Shown piece by piece: positions 13,333 to 27,700 of a stretch of 64,000 nt of DNA. Where the stretch lies: contig OZ365111.1 of NCBI GenBank assembly GCA_977030845.1, positions 38,688,001 through 38,752,000 on the forward strand. The letters are read 5' to 3'. Each line of letters begins with the position of its first letter. Position 1 is the stretch's first letter. The stretch is from Fimbriosthenelais zetlandica. Taxonomy: Eukaryota. A program made the translations under genes and the position numbers. The notes beneath the pieces were generated by a model, which did no database searches, was not told the DNA's origin, and saw nothing but the letters and a program-made list of their open reading frames with translations.

Positions 13333-16300
13333 GTATGTACTACTTCTCTTCCATTCCCCCCTTCACAACCTAATAAAAAGCATTGGGCTCACTGTCACAA
13401 GTAGGCACCGTCATGATATAACTGAAAAATTGTTGAAAGTGACGTTGAACCCCATTCAATCAACAATCACAAACTGATATTTTCTCCCATGGATCAGAAA
13501 CAGATTTCTCCAGAAATGGAAAATGCCTCCTCCTCAAATTGATTTTTCTCCCTTCAATTCAGAAATAAGTTTTCTCCGTTCACAAATTGATAATTCCTCC
13601 CTTCTGATATGTAAAAAAAAAAATGTCTACCTTCTCAAATGGGTAAATAATATCTAACATTCAAATTGATCATTTCTACCGGTTGAGAAATTGTTAATTA
13701 ATTTCCCACTTTCAAAGGGATCATTTCTCTCTCCAGTCCAGTCAAAGTTATTCCGAAAATCTAATGAAGCTCAAATCTTGATTTAATATGTACTTTACTA
13801 CGCCTTACTCGAAATTCATGAGATACTTCTATCGATTGTATGATCTCAACTGAACAAACCACCGTCGTCCATTGCCTAATTGGATTCTTTGAGATTACCA
13901 GTGGTTGACTAACCATCTTATAATATTCCATTACCCCATGCTACTTGGTATTCATTCATCATCCAACTTGTGAGCCCATTGTCGGTAGTGTTTGATTTTA
14001 TGTACAATCGCTTTTTCCTCTTTCCAGTGATCCTAGCGCCCTATGGCCTGTCAGGAACACTCACAGGTGTGACGTACAAGGACACGGATATGACGACACA
14101 GCGTCTACTTGACGAGTGGCGTCAGTTCTATGTCATCAAGGACTGCGACATGCGTGAGGCACCAGAGGGGAACCGAGTTCCACCCGCAGTGGAAGTTATC
14201 GTTGGTAAGTGGGAATTCTTCGAAAGTTTTTTTTTTTCGCGGACATATTACTTTCAGAACTTGGTAGGTGGGCGTCAGTGTTATTGCGCCAAGGATCTCG
14301 AACCGGCAAAGTAAATTAACACGTAGGTGGACTGCATACGCTCAAGGAATATGGACTTTCAAAGTATATTATATTAACTGATAATCAGGTGCGTTAGGGT
14401 TTGTCTTTAAAACAATGAAGCTATTGGAGGAATGGATCGCCTCCTGAAAGGGAAATCTTTTATTACAGGAAATAATTTCCCAGAACTGCCGACCTGTTTC
14501 ATTTTGGAAAGAAGCCCAAACAGAAAGAACAAGTTCATCGAGGCCATATTTGATCTGGCTGCCTTTCTTCATCTTGACATTTAGCCTCCTTTCAAAGTTT
14601 TTTTTGTAGTTTTGGTTTTTAAAATCAAAAATTGTCTCGTGGGATTGACAAGGACGTCAGAGACCCTTGTGGATCAATTGGCGGGTCAATATTTAAAGGA
14701 GTTTCTGGAATTTCCATCTGCATTCCTAATTGCAGCGCTCAGATTGGAGACCTTCTTCCTATGCCAGTTCACAATGAAATGAAATGAAACTTATATCAGC
14801 AGAATTGATTTGTCTTGGGCACAAATTGATTTATTAGTTTGTCGAGCTCATATATATGTATGCTTACATAAAATAGAATTGAGGAGGGGAGCTTGGCTCC
14901 GTTTGAACGATGAGGTTCTTATCTCTCTCTTCTGATGACAGCTCTTCGCCACTAACCCCCCTGAGACCGCCAAAAGGCCTGGGTTCAGTCCCGATCTGTC
15001 CAAGACATTTCACTGCCTCCATCCTCTGATCATTTATCGGTCTTAAAATGCATCTTTTGTAGGATAGCCACTCAACAGAAAATGGCTTTATAAGTTTTGT
15101 TTGGAGAGAAAAAAACCCATACAGTCATGAAAGGGATGTTTTGCCTTATCCATAGACTCTCTAGTTCTATGCATTTATCGCAGTTTTTGCCCTTAAAAAA
15201 TTTGAAGTCATACATCCCTATTGAAGCTATCATTCATCTCTTCAAGTATGTTATACTGGCAGAGCCCCATTGTTTCCCATAAAAATGTAACCTTCCACAA
15301 TGTGACATGCAATTAATTGCCTGCAGTAATATCTCTTTTTCCCCCAGGCCCGAACACAGCACTCATGGCAGCTATGCCGGAGCAATATGAGGGAGAGATA
15401 TGTCTTATTGAGAGCCTTAATTATCCAGTCAGCAAGCAGTCATAAGCCCATCACCCTCCCTATTTACCTCACGTAATGCTCCCCTTAGCCTTCAATAAAG
15501 CATATGCCTCAGCACTACAACTCCTGCTATGAGCCACATACAGGCCTCGGCGGATAGGCTGGTAATCACTTTACGCCGTTAGGATTGCCACCGTAATGTC
15601 AGTCAGTAGTGGGGGTTATGTTTAGTCAGTTCAGCTTACTGGTCTATTAACTAATACAGGCTTATCCCCCCCTGGCTGGGGTGATCGAGCGGGATGGGGG
15701 TTGGGGCGGTTGGGGCGGCGGGGGCTGCTCTGCTGCCAATGTGTGTGTGTGGCTTTATGGTTTTGTTGAGCAATACCGGAAAGGGAAACATGCAGAGCTC
15801 GGCATTACTAGTTTGTCATGGCATCTATTATGAATGTTGGGAAGTGGGTGGGTTGGTTGCCTCCGCACAACTACTGCAGGCTAAGAATGCTGCTATTGAT
15901 TATGTAGGATGATGCCAAGATATGGATATTGCATGTTGTAGAAGTTCTCCGGGGGAGGAGAAGGAGGAGGAGAAAGGATAAAAAAAAAGTTAAATGGTGG
16001 TAAAGCATAAGCTGAAGTCATGAATAGCGCTCTGGCTGCCTTGTTGGTGAAATTTGAATGGCCACTTAAATGAAGCAACTCAGAATAGTAATTGTGAGCT
16101 GAGAAAAAGTGATTCCTAAAAAATGTTTCCCCTTCTTGAGTACTAATACTACTATTTGGCCACCGGTATTAGGAACAAGAATAAAAAAAATTCTTAAAGA
16201 TTGCTATGATATCGGTGATCTTGTAAGAAATACCAAAACTGGATTTTTTAAAGGCAGCAAGGGAATCCTGCTCCTTTTTCCCCCTAAAGCCACCCTCACT

Positions 16301-19300
16301 CACACATCCTGCCACCCACCTTTCCACCCTGCATAGGTTGTGGAGTCTCGTGCCTTACACAGTCCACCAACCAAGAGGCAGGAATTAGGCTATTGATTAT
16401 AATAATCACTAAGTAGGCAAGGAAGGAGAGGAGAGTCTCTCTCTCTCACACAGAGAGAGTGCCATACCAGCATGGTCTGTAGTAGTAGTTGTTGAGAGAT
16501 CTATGCAGAAGCACCTCCAGCAGCAGCAGCCGTTGCCGCAGCTCTGGAGAAGCAAAAGCAAAAGCAAGCAATGGCTGGGGCAATGGCAGCAGCCACTGCC
16601 ATGGTATTACTGTGACAATCACACAGCAGCGCAACAAGGTCACATGAAAGGCACCATGCGCTGACATCCTGTAGGCAGACAAAAAGCAGCTCAGCATCTG
16701 CCACCACCACCACCACCACCACCACTGCCGCACCACTTCTGCTGCTGCTTCTTCTCTCTTCTCTGGCTCCGGCCTGGAACCACACAGCAAGTAGCCATCT
16801 CCACCTTGCCTCCCTCCTCCCATTGTCTTGCTGCTTAGGCAGAGCAATGAGTGAGTGGTTACTTATCCAAGTATCTTATCTTCTGCATTTTGTGGGAGGT
16901 TCTTACTTGATAGCCTTGCTTGGCTACTACTGCAGCTGCTGCTGCTACCGCTGCAACTTCTCCTCCTCCTCCTCTTCCTCAAGGGCAAATGCTGGGAATG
17001 ATAATAGTGAACATGAAAATGGGATCATCACAGACTGCCTGTCACCGCATAGCAGTGATGATATAATCTCAGCGGATTAACTGGCGCAAGTCATTGATTG
17101 CAATGCAAACTTTCACCCAGGACTAAAGAGCCAATCTTTCATATTGATCTATCCCCCCCATCTCTTTTGATTAATAAGTGGGTGCAAGCTTGAGTGGGCG
17201 TTTGTGAGAATTTCAATTTTGATGTATGCCCCTTGAAAAAGCTGAGCTCCTGTTATTTAGCTAATAACAGGATCCCGCAGCACTGAGGATTGAAGCATTT
17301 TCCATGAAGGATGCAATGCAGAATCATGAATAGCTTTGATTATTGATAAAAATCTGCGGTAGCCATTGGACTGGCAGGCCTATTTGTTGAGTGCAGTGAT
17401 CCTTGCCACACTGCAGCCTCCATAAACAGGGCTAGAGGAGGCTTTCATTCCAAGGGTGGTTGTGTTTCACTCGAGACTGCCTTAAGGTGCTTAGAGGCCC
17501 TTCCTCAATGACAGATGGTCAGGATGAGGGAAGGGGCGGGACTATGGGCATCGATACACCGGGGAGGGGCCAGCAGGCGAGTAATTTGGATCAATCGGTG
17601 GAAGGGGGAAGGGAGGAAAAGAGGCCTCGGATGGGATGAGGAAGGAGATGGAAGGGACCTTACAAAATACCGGACAAGTCAATTAATGCCTCATAGTTTA
17701 ATGGGTAAAAAATAAAGTTTTAATTTAATGGTTCTTAAATGTTATAAAAACAAAATCAAGATCATGTTGTCCCATCCTAATATAGCCTCAGCAATGATAT
17801 GCATCACCAGCACCAATGGCATACCGGTCAACCCTTCTAGACCCAGTGCAACAATAACAGCTTTGCCCGGGCCGTCATCTCCTCTTCTTCCTGTGCAACC
17901 CTGGAATGAAGATAATGCGACCAATTGTAACGTTTGTTTTCCCAGCAGTCGCAATAGACAAGACGCTCGGGCTGGCCTAGCCAAAACAAATGAGGCAGGC
18001 TGGGAGGTGGGGATGTGCGTCTGGGAATGAAAATGACTCTCTAAAAACAAAAAAAGCCAGCCCCTCGCTGCTCTGTTTGCTCGTGGGATCAGAGATTAAA
18101 CAACTTGTTTCCAATATTCCCTGCCAAATATCTCAATAAATCTCTCAGATATCTGCATTTTGAAGCTGCAGGGAGATTACTCAATTAAGATCAGTGCTTA
18201 AAATACTTTAAATGAAATAAACCTCCTTGTCTCACCTTAATTGTCAGTGTAACCATTTTCCATAAGCATTCGTAGATAATTGCCCACATCCCAAACCTAG
18301 GCAACCAGGAGTGCATTACCCTAATCTTGCCAGACATATTCATATATGGGCAGGCGTAGACAAAACCGCTTGCTTTTTGTCCTGGTCGGGACTCCTAGTA
18401 GTATAAGAAATGTTAGTAGCATAAGAACATTTTTCTGGAGGGAATACTCAATAGTGACGAGAAGGGGGTACGGGTAGGTGGGTGGGATCATTCACACAAC
18501 CTATACATTCCTCGCCATAGTAAAAGCCCTTCCCATCTGTAAGTGTGATATATATTCATATTTCTCCCTTTCCTCTGGAATTAGCATTGATTTTAGTGGA
18601 AGGAGGTGTAGACAGCACTGGGGCTGAAGTGGACAGAGAAAGCTTTATTGATTATCCACTGTGTCAAGCTGCCTGCCTCTGCTCTATCTTTGCCCCGTGG
18701 GATCAGCCAGAATTAACACAGCGGGATGGCCATTTTTAACACTCGCTCGTGGCCGAGCTAGCCTCTTCCCTCTCCCTCTTCCTTAACTTCTCTCCCTTTC
18801 CGTCTTTCTTTTCCTCTCTCCCCCTTTCCCTCTTTTCCTCTCCCTTTTCCTCTCCCTCTCTTCCTTCCTCCCTCCCTCTCTTCCTCCCTCCCTCTCTTCC
18901 TCCCTCCCTCCCTCTCTTCCTCCCTCCCTCCCTCTCTTCCTCCCTCTCCCTCTCTTCCCCTTTCTTCACCCCTCTGTGTCTCTCCCTCTCTTCCCCTCTC
19001 TTCACCCCTCTGTGTCTCTCCCTCTCTTCCCCTCTCTTCACCTCTGTCTCTCTGCCCCTCTCCCTCTCTCTCCACCCTCTCCATCTCCCCCTCTCTCGCT
19101 GCTATGGGATAATTCACCTCCTACTTGATACTCCGTCTTTGATGGCTTAGCCGAGCTTCCTAGATTTCTAAATTGGGATGTCACTATGACATATGTGGTC
19201 CACCACTACTATGTAAAAAGTCAGTGAAACATGTTGAGGCCTACCGCTACGAGTAACCCAATAATTTCCTATTCAAAATAATCAACGACCGAAAAATGTT

Positions 19301-21674
19301 TTGACTTAAAAACATAAAACCTGATAGGGGATTGCTCATGTATGAGATTCTAGTCGCATGGTAAAATATTCTTAAATTTTCCTGTGACATAGAAACTATT
19401 TCCTTAAGATCGGAATTGCATTAAATTATTATAAGGAAAAATCTTTTTATTAAAAATTAAAAATTGGACTAAAACACGTTGGATTCGTCCTGGTGATAAA
19501 TTGGACGTTTAAAGTAAGGATCTAATGTTTTCAATGTAATCGGTGACATTTTTGAAAATCTAATCCTCTGCGCCAGATCGTTGATCATTTATCCCATATT
19601 ATACAGACTACCTATCATATATACACAAGAATACAGTGGTCGTTTATGCATACAAAGCAAGACAAGAAGCGCATCCCATTGAGGGGACTGTGGGGAACTA
19701 ATGCGTTTCCCAGTCACCATGCCGGGAATAGATCGCCTTATATGCACCGGCAGTAGTTTAACTTAGTAAGCAGATGTTCACAGGCGTCATAAATAAAAGA
19801 TGCCTCGTGAAAAGTGCCCCGAGTGGTGGGTATAATTTAGAGACCCGAGCTCCTGGAAATAATAGTTGAACGCAAAGTGGTAATAAAATCCATGCTTTAC
19901 TCAACTTCTCTAGAAAAAAACAAGTTACTCCTGAATCGCTTTGACTTAAAATATTGGCTTTTTGGTTGATCTCGAAAATTGAAATTGAACTCGCTCCTGA
20001 CAATTGATACGTAATTGTCATTTTAACGCGTTCCATCTTTTCGCTGAATTTCTTTTCTTCCGAATTGAAATAGTTGAAGAAGTACGAGTTTGTTATGCAA
20101 ATGACATGTCAAAATGAAAAAGTTAATTTGATGAAAAATATTGACACATCAATGTCAGTTGATATAGAATGATTGGCTAACGTGAATATTGTCGCTGAAA
20201 ATCTGAGCGACTTCGGCCATTGGGTGGCCAAGGTCCACATTGGATGATATGTGCTGCAACACTGGCGTATGCTAATCTATAAGAGGCCCCCTTGACCAGT
20301 GTGGAAGGACAGAGGCGGTTCAATAAAGATCTCAGTGGAAAGGCCAAGCCGAGATGTATGGCTGCATCAGCAGACTCGATGGACCAACACTTGCTGGTGT
20401 TCTCAGAATGGGGACCGTGGGTGGGGTGTCAGCATTAATAGATTAGCCTGTGGAGTGTCAAGCCCAAAAATACAGCACCCTCCCCATTCATATTAGATAT
20501 CAGATCCTGTCAATAATCCAGGCCTATTCCAAACTCCAAACATATCAATGTGAGTCATTCAATTATTAAAGGTTCCCTCCTGTGGCTTGCTCTTTTGATC
20601 CAGTGAGGACCACTGGTCTGGGGGGAAGGCAAAACACCCGGGGGAATACACCTAAGGACAAGCTCATAAATAGCAATCGCATTACCAGCTAAGATCTCTG
20701 TATATATGCATGAGTGCTTAACAACACCACAACAGCCTCTGGCCTTTTTTCAGTACTCTTCCATATAATATACATTTCTCATTTTGAACATCATATCGCA
20801 AGAAATCAATGGAAATTTGAAAACTATTGAGTCACTTCTTGATGCATGTTCTTGCGCTGAGTTGATGCCATTAATACTGCCCTATCCCCGGGCCTTGTAT
20901 GCTGGCACAGAATGAGCAGGATTGATGTGTTGACTAGAAGAGCAGCTCAGTGCTATGCCTAGGCTGGGTCCATATTATCGCCATCCAGAGACAAACAACA
21001 CGCTGTGAATATTGAACGGGGCCTATCTTCTCACATACATATATATATATATACAGGCAGCCCTTACCCACAGTCTGGCCCCTGGTATGGATCTGCCCAT
21101 CGACTCATTGCCCTGGCATATTAGCTCTCTCCCCTGTCTGTATTGGTTGTTGATCTAGCACCTTTTTCATGGGGAAAGCAGGATGATACTTGGCGACATC
21201 TGTGGTTAGAATACTGTGTAGGTGAATAAAAAATGTCTTTTTAATGCACGGTTGTGTTTATATCCTATTATAGCGCACGACCGTGCATATATCCTATTAT
21301 AACGCACGACCGTGCATATATAGTAAATATACCAGTATAACGCACAGCCATGCATTATACTATTTTATCACACTTCTAGCCATTATAATGCACAACTGTG
21401 TACTTTAGTAACACACTGGGCCACGACCGAGCATCTGTACTCCTATAGTGCATGTGACGTCTATTTATGAACCAACTGCACTGCCAGGTGTGCTTTTATA
21501 AAAAAAAAACTAAAATATGGAAGAAAATAATTTAAAATGTAAATTATTGATAGGAAAATTCCCTAGTTTGCTGCCCTGGCCAACCAATATTTACGTTTAA
21601 CAGAGTTTAAAAAGTTAGCTTTCAATGCTGAGAACTCGTGTCTTCTGTGAATAAATGAATAAATAAATAAATTT

Positions 21675-21705
<31 letters not shown>

Positions 21706-24700
21706 TTCTTTTTTTCAGCGGGTGTCCGGATGCGGTACCCTTCAACCTTCGTACTAGTCACGGCTGACATAGAGAATGACGTAATGGGTCGGCAGAACCC
21801 TAACATCACTGGTCATGTAAGCCAGCATCAGCTGCCGGCACCCGTACCTCTGGCTAACCTTCCTCTCACCCCACCCACCTCTCCCATGATGTACGGGAGT
21901 GACACGGCCGCTCTCAAGGGTCCCCTACCTCCACCCGAGGAGGTACCGGTCACCCTGGGTGGTATCACGGATATTAGGGTACTGAGTCAGCGTATTATAG
22001 AGAAGGTATGGGAGGATGACTCTATAACAGCTGGTATCCAGCCACTGAGGTCAGACAGGTAAGATGCATGGAATAAATCATTCATGAGTTTGCTTTATAT
22101 AAGAGAAATCTATTCATAGCTAAGTTAGACGGAGAATATTATCATTTCTGCAACTTCAGAGCACAAGACTTACAGTTATTTTTGACTTTTAAAATATTTA
22201 ATTTTAGCAATTTTTTAAGATATTGATTTTTTGCAATTGTTTTTATCTGTCAAACTTTTAGTATATAATTAATGTCTATTGGAATTTGTTTGAATTATAA
22301 AATAAGATATTTTTTAATATGGACAACCGTAGCTTTAAATGTGTAGCTAATCATCTCTCAATATTTTCAGACATCACACCTCTTCTGGATGTGATATGCC
22401 CAATGACGACAATGTAGCCGTCTGGGATTACTACGACCCAACAGCAAAAACTTCTTGTGCCTGTAATAAGTAAGTTTCAATGTGGAGTGATGCATTGTAT
22501 CTATATTCCATACATATTTTTCTATCAAAGTGTATCAATTTTAAAACTAAACATTAAGACCTCAGTTTAAAAAAAATACTAAAATGACCCCATTTATAAG
22601 GGTGAGTACATATATATTTAAAAAAAATTGAATCTCACCGCAGTAAGACATGTTAGATTTCTGAAATTGTTAACTCCAAAAATTACGAAAAAAAGTATAA
22701 TTATAGTCCAGGCTAACGACTTGGAATGGAATACAATGGGACATTAATCAGCTCTCGTAGATCAATGTCTCATTGTTTTCCATTTAAAAATTAAGGAACC
22801 ATAGAAATCACACAAAATAAACTTTAGTAAACGTCAGTAAATACTATAGTCAATAACCTGATGTGTTTTTTTTTTCAGAAGAAAAGATGGAAAGAATCGG
22901 CCCAGCGTGTCTTCAGGACAAAAGCCAGGTCTTCAGAACATCAGCAAACACATGAAGGGCAGCGACAAGGCGGACAAAACATCCGCCCGTCATGCCCGAC
23001 CATCATTGCCCTTCCACCGCCGATCCGGTCTATCGGACCCCTACCTGCCGGGAGAAGCGGACCTGCCCATACCCCGCATCCCTCCACCCTTCGGATCCTT
23101 CAAGGGCCCGACACCCACCAACAACACCTCCCTCCCACAGTTAACAGGAAAGGCCACGTTTGAGCAGAACATGGACTCCCCGGCCGCTCCATCCCCCTTA
23201 ATAGCCACAACCAAGGAACCATCCTCCATGAGTCAAACCGTCGACCCAACCATGCCCACGTTGAGTCCCCAGCCAGTGAGGCCCACCGGTACCGATGCCC
23301 CTCCCTTAACAAACGGTGAAACTCATAACAGTGAAAGTTTAACGAACACTGATAATAGCAACACCCAACAACAGCCGCCCCCTGCACCTTCAGGAGATCT
23401 TGGCTATACCAAACCACCCTCGGCCTCGGGGCCCCCAAGGCCAGCCGAATCCAATCACCTCCCGTCCCCTTTCCAAGCCAACCCTAGCTCAGTGAATATG
23501 ACCAATGCTGATGGTGTTTCCAAAACAGAGACAGTGAGCAACTGGTTGGAACAGCACCAAAAACATCAAGATAGTCAAGGGATTAAGAGACCCATGCTTC
23601 CCACCAAAAATTACGAGGATGTGGATGACGATGGGGCATCAGATGCTCTTTACGATTTCGACTCGTTACATGCATGGTACGAAAACATAAACCTTTTTTT
23701 CATTAAGTCAATTGATGAATAAATAAGTCTACTTAACAAGTAACTTCAGGTTCAATGGCCAGGCCTTCCAGTCACTCGATACAAGGTGGCTAGGGATACA
23801 GGAAACAAATATAAAATGTATTAATTATCAATTTTTCCAAAGATATTTCCAAGTGATATGGAAAGTAAAAAATGAATCTGGTTCCATCATTTCTATTACA
23901 TTTCTTCTCTATCATCTTCAAAAAAATTATATATATTTAAATGCACCTTAAAATTAAAAATCCTATTCTTTCGCAGGTTGGATCAACCGATCAAGCGACA
24001 CAAATTCCAAGACTCCCAACAAGACTCAGGCAAAGGCTCCCGAGATCACTCTTCAGGGCTGACCAACGGCAGCGCAGGCTCCCAAATATCACGGCTCTCT
24101 AGAGACGCTCCTCCCACACCGCCCACCACGGTCCACGACCCCTTTGAGTTCTCTGAGGAGAGCTCCACCAATATGGGCAGCTTCTCCAAGAGGCTCTCCC
24201 TGAACCGGAGCAAGAGTGGCGAGGATAACTTCCCACGTTCTTCCTTCAGTTCCAAACAGGTGAGAAAAATAAAGTTAAAGGGATAGAAAATACTAGTATA
24301 ATGTAGGGTTTTAAAAACAAAGAAAATTAAATTATTTATCCTGGAATCCTGGATTTCCAGAGTGAAGTTCTTATAAATATAAGCTTGTCATCAGCCGCAT
24401 CTAAGTTCCATATTTAATTTGAATGTTAATATCTTAAACCAATATACGTTACCACATGACTATTTAGAGATAGTCCTTTGGCTTTCTCCCTATCGGTAAA
24501 TTTTTGCCGCCATCAATCACAGGTAGTGACCTCTAGTGGCTGACAGCGGCACCACTGATAGACGAGATCTCGCGTGAAGGCTTATGAATATTCATTAATT
24601 TTACAACCGTGCTGCTTCACACACGGTTTTTCCTTTAGGCGTTGGGTTTTAGGCATTTTTGCTCACCCTTTCTCCCACTTCTGGATTATTATTCTAGGAT

Positions 24701-27700
24701 TCTTTGGAACCTTACCTTGGATTCACTTGGTGTTGGTTTGTAGCCCCTTGGGCGTGTTTTTTGTGTGTTTCTCTTCATGGTTTGCAAACACCGGATCCCG
24801 GTTTGGGATAATCACACCACGTGTGTACGGTGCAGGCCCTGTGATCCTTCACGACCTTGCTCTGTCTGTCTCACTTGGAAGACAGGTAAGTGGAAAACAC
24901 TACAATCATATTTACGTTATTTTCTTTCTAGGACCAGAGTTTCTCCACTGCCTTCAGTGTTGCTACAAAAAATCGAAACTCTGTTATCCTTTACCTTTGT
25001 TGATTCTAAACCTGTCATGTCGGAAAGCAGGAGAACAGGTAAGAAAACACCCGACTTACAGGCTCCTTGTTTTTCTGAATCCAAGGGTACCAGCCAGCAA
25101 GTTGCGGCCAGTATTCCTTCTTCGGATTCTCCCCTCTTTGGGGATAATATTGTAAGGGCTATGGACGAGCATATGGCTGTCCACCCCGTTGGGGGAGAGG
25201 ATTCCCACCGGCAGGCCAGGCCTGGTCCCTCGGCTGCCGGTATGGGCGATAATAGGGGTTATTCCCGTACTGATGGTCTTTCCTCTCCCCCTCCTTCTTC
25301 CTTCTCCAACAGTTTCAAGGGAGCTACCATGGCTCCTTCTGTTGAGCAGGTAAAGAAGAAAAAGAGAAAGAAAAAGAAGAAAGAGAGGCAGGCTCCACGC
25401 CTTTCCTCCTTTTCTGGCTCAGAAAGTGTTAACTCTGAGGATTCCCCAGCCGAGGCTGAGGGGGTCACTCAAGAGGGGACCACTCACCAAAATCATGGTG
25501 AAACCCAACCTTCTGATCCCTTTTCCGAAAATTTTTCTCCTAATTTTCGCCCCCTTTCTGATCGGGAGTTTTTATCTCAAATCACCCCCGCTCAAAGAAT
25601 TGGAGACCAAATGAGAACCCCATCGGCAGCAGCTGGGGCTCCCCCTCCTGTTTCCGAGGTACCTGGACTACACTGGTCCGTGTCTCAGATCCAAAAGTTA
25701 TTGGAGTTGAAGCAATCTGAGCTTGCAACTTCCACCATACCTTCTACTTCTAAGGTCTCGGGTCCTCCAGCCGCTAAAAGTGCAAGGCTAGACCCACCTC
25801 CTGTTTCCTCTCTCAACGAGAGGTCTAGATTTGATTTCTTGCATTCAGCTCACCGCGAAAACCCCGGTCCCGAGCGAATGCATCCTCAGTCTTCGGGGAT
25901 TTCTGAACCCTTATGTAGAACCCAGCTGAATGTTCAGCAAGGGTCCTCACATTCCTCTGGGTTAGCCTCGGTAGCGCACCTGATGCGCATGGCACTCGAC
26001 CGCTTAGTCGAGGGATCACCCGGGACGGAACACTCGCCTGAGTCTTTCCGTCCCCCGGTCGCCCCTCCTCCCGAAAGGCAACAGACTGAAACTGTTCGTC
26101 CTCACGGGGACAGAAGCCCCCTCTCTTCCATTGACGCCACCGCAGGGTCGGATTTTGATGAGGAAGAGGAGGAGGGAAGTCAAGCTAGCTCAGACCTTTG
26201 CTCCACTGACCGAGATCAAAAAAAGTCTACTCGTATGGAGTCTTTTAAAAAGGTTTTGGCCATAGTTCCTGAGATACTAGGCCCTCAGACTTGCCCCGCC
26301 AAACCTCTTGCGCAGCGCAGTCAGTATGGTGCGGCCCATGACATCCTTTTCCAAGGAGACGATCCGGCCCCAGGAACAGTTCTTCCCTATGGGGAATGTA
26401 ACGTGGCGATTTGGAATGTTCTCAATTCCCACTTAAAAGGCCTCCCCGATCGCCCGGGTTGCACTGGAGATATTCCTCCGGAACTTAACCCCGACCCCCT
26501 TGTTCAAGGGTCCAAACCTTTACAATCGGGCTCTTCCTTCAACGTTAATCGAGTTCCAAAGATAAGGTACTTCAATAAGCGTTTTTATCAGCTCCACTCA
26601 GGGCCGTCTGCTTCTCCTCCTGAGTTGGACCCAGATGCTGCACAATATGGGTTCCGAGAAGGAACTTCTATATCCGTGAATAAGCAAGCTCTTATGCTCC
26701 AAGAGATACATAACAGAGCCATTGCCAATGCTGCTATTTCTGCAGATTACTTAATCGCAGCAGGTATGAAGCTTTCACAACAAGACAGAGGTGAGGAGGC
26801 TAAAGAAGTCTTCGCCTCAGGTGTGATAGCCATTCGACATATCTTAGAATTAGCAATCCGCAATTCAGCCAACCATGTGCTAGTTCGCCGAGATAACCTT
26901 CTCGATCGTTCTAGTTTCAGCTCTGGCCCGAAAGATCTCCTCCGCCAAGTCCCCCTTCAGGAGCATTGCCTGTTTGGGGGTCACTTGGCTAAAGTGCGTG
27001 AATCACAAGCTTCTGTCGATAGGGATGTTTTTGTCGGAATTGCCCGTAACAAAGACTCCTTGTCCCAGAGAAAACGGAAAGGTAGTAGTCTCAAACAGTC
27101 TTCCTCGTCAAGGCCTCAGACTCGAGAGAACTCTTTTTCCTTTCCCCGCTCCTCAGAGCGTAACCCCAACTGGCGGGGATCCCACTCAAGAGGCCCCAGA
27201 GGCAGAGGCTGGAGAGGTAGTTCCTCTCGCGCTAAACCACGCGAGAAGAAACAACCCTAGGTTTCAAAGCTCCCCATCTCCTTCGCAAGAGCCTTGCAAT
27301 GTGGTCCCTCCCGAAGGTTTGGTTGGGGGAGCACAAGCTTTACTCGGCAAGATAAAGCCTCTAGTCCCTGTATCCCGAAGACTTTTAGGGATGCAGGACA
27401 TTTGGGGAAAAATTCTCCAGACTCGGAACAAATGGTTGTATTCCGTCCTAAGAAAAGGACTAAAGCTTCAGTTTTCCAGTCTTCCTCAGCTTGCCTCAAA
27501 ACCTGTGCCCTTCCAACTCCCTTCGGGAGACCGCCGAGTCTGCCTCATCCGAGAAATCGAGACTCTAGTTCAAATAGGCGCGGTAGTCCAACTGAACCCC
27601 CCCTTCACCCCCGGTTTTTATGCCAGTGTCTTCACTGTTCCCAAAAAATCCGGGGGATGGAGACCAGTGTTCAACCTCAAAAAACTAAACACCTTTCTAC

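Noticed and set aside
16446-17080. Ala/Gln/Trp/Ser-run ORFs on both strands
   Set aside because: Open frames arise from CAG/CCA/CCT triplet runs; no phase-compatible MED13 exon is needed here and no domain is recognisable.
24574-25155. 193-aa hydrophobic ORF overlapping the DIRS left ITR and ORF1
   Set aside because: Starts at GTG inside the ITR with no recognisable motif; probably a shadow frame, though not formally excluded.
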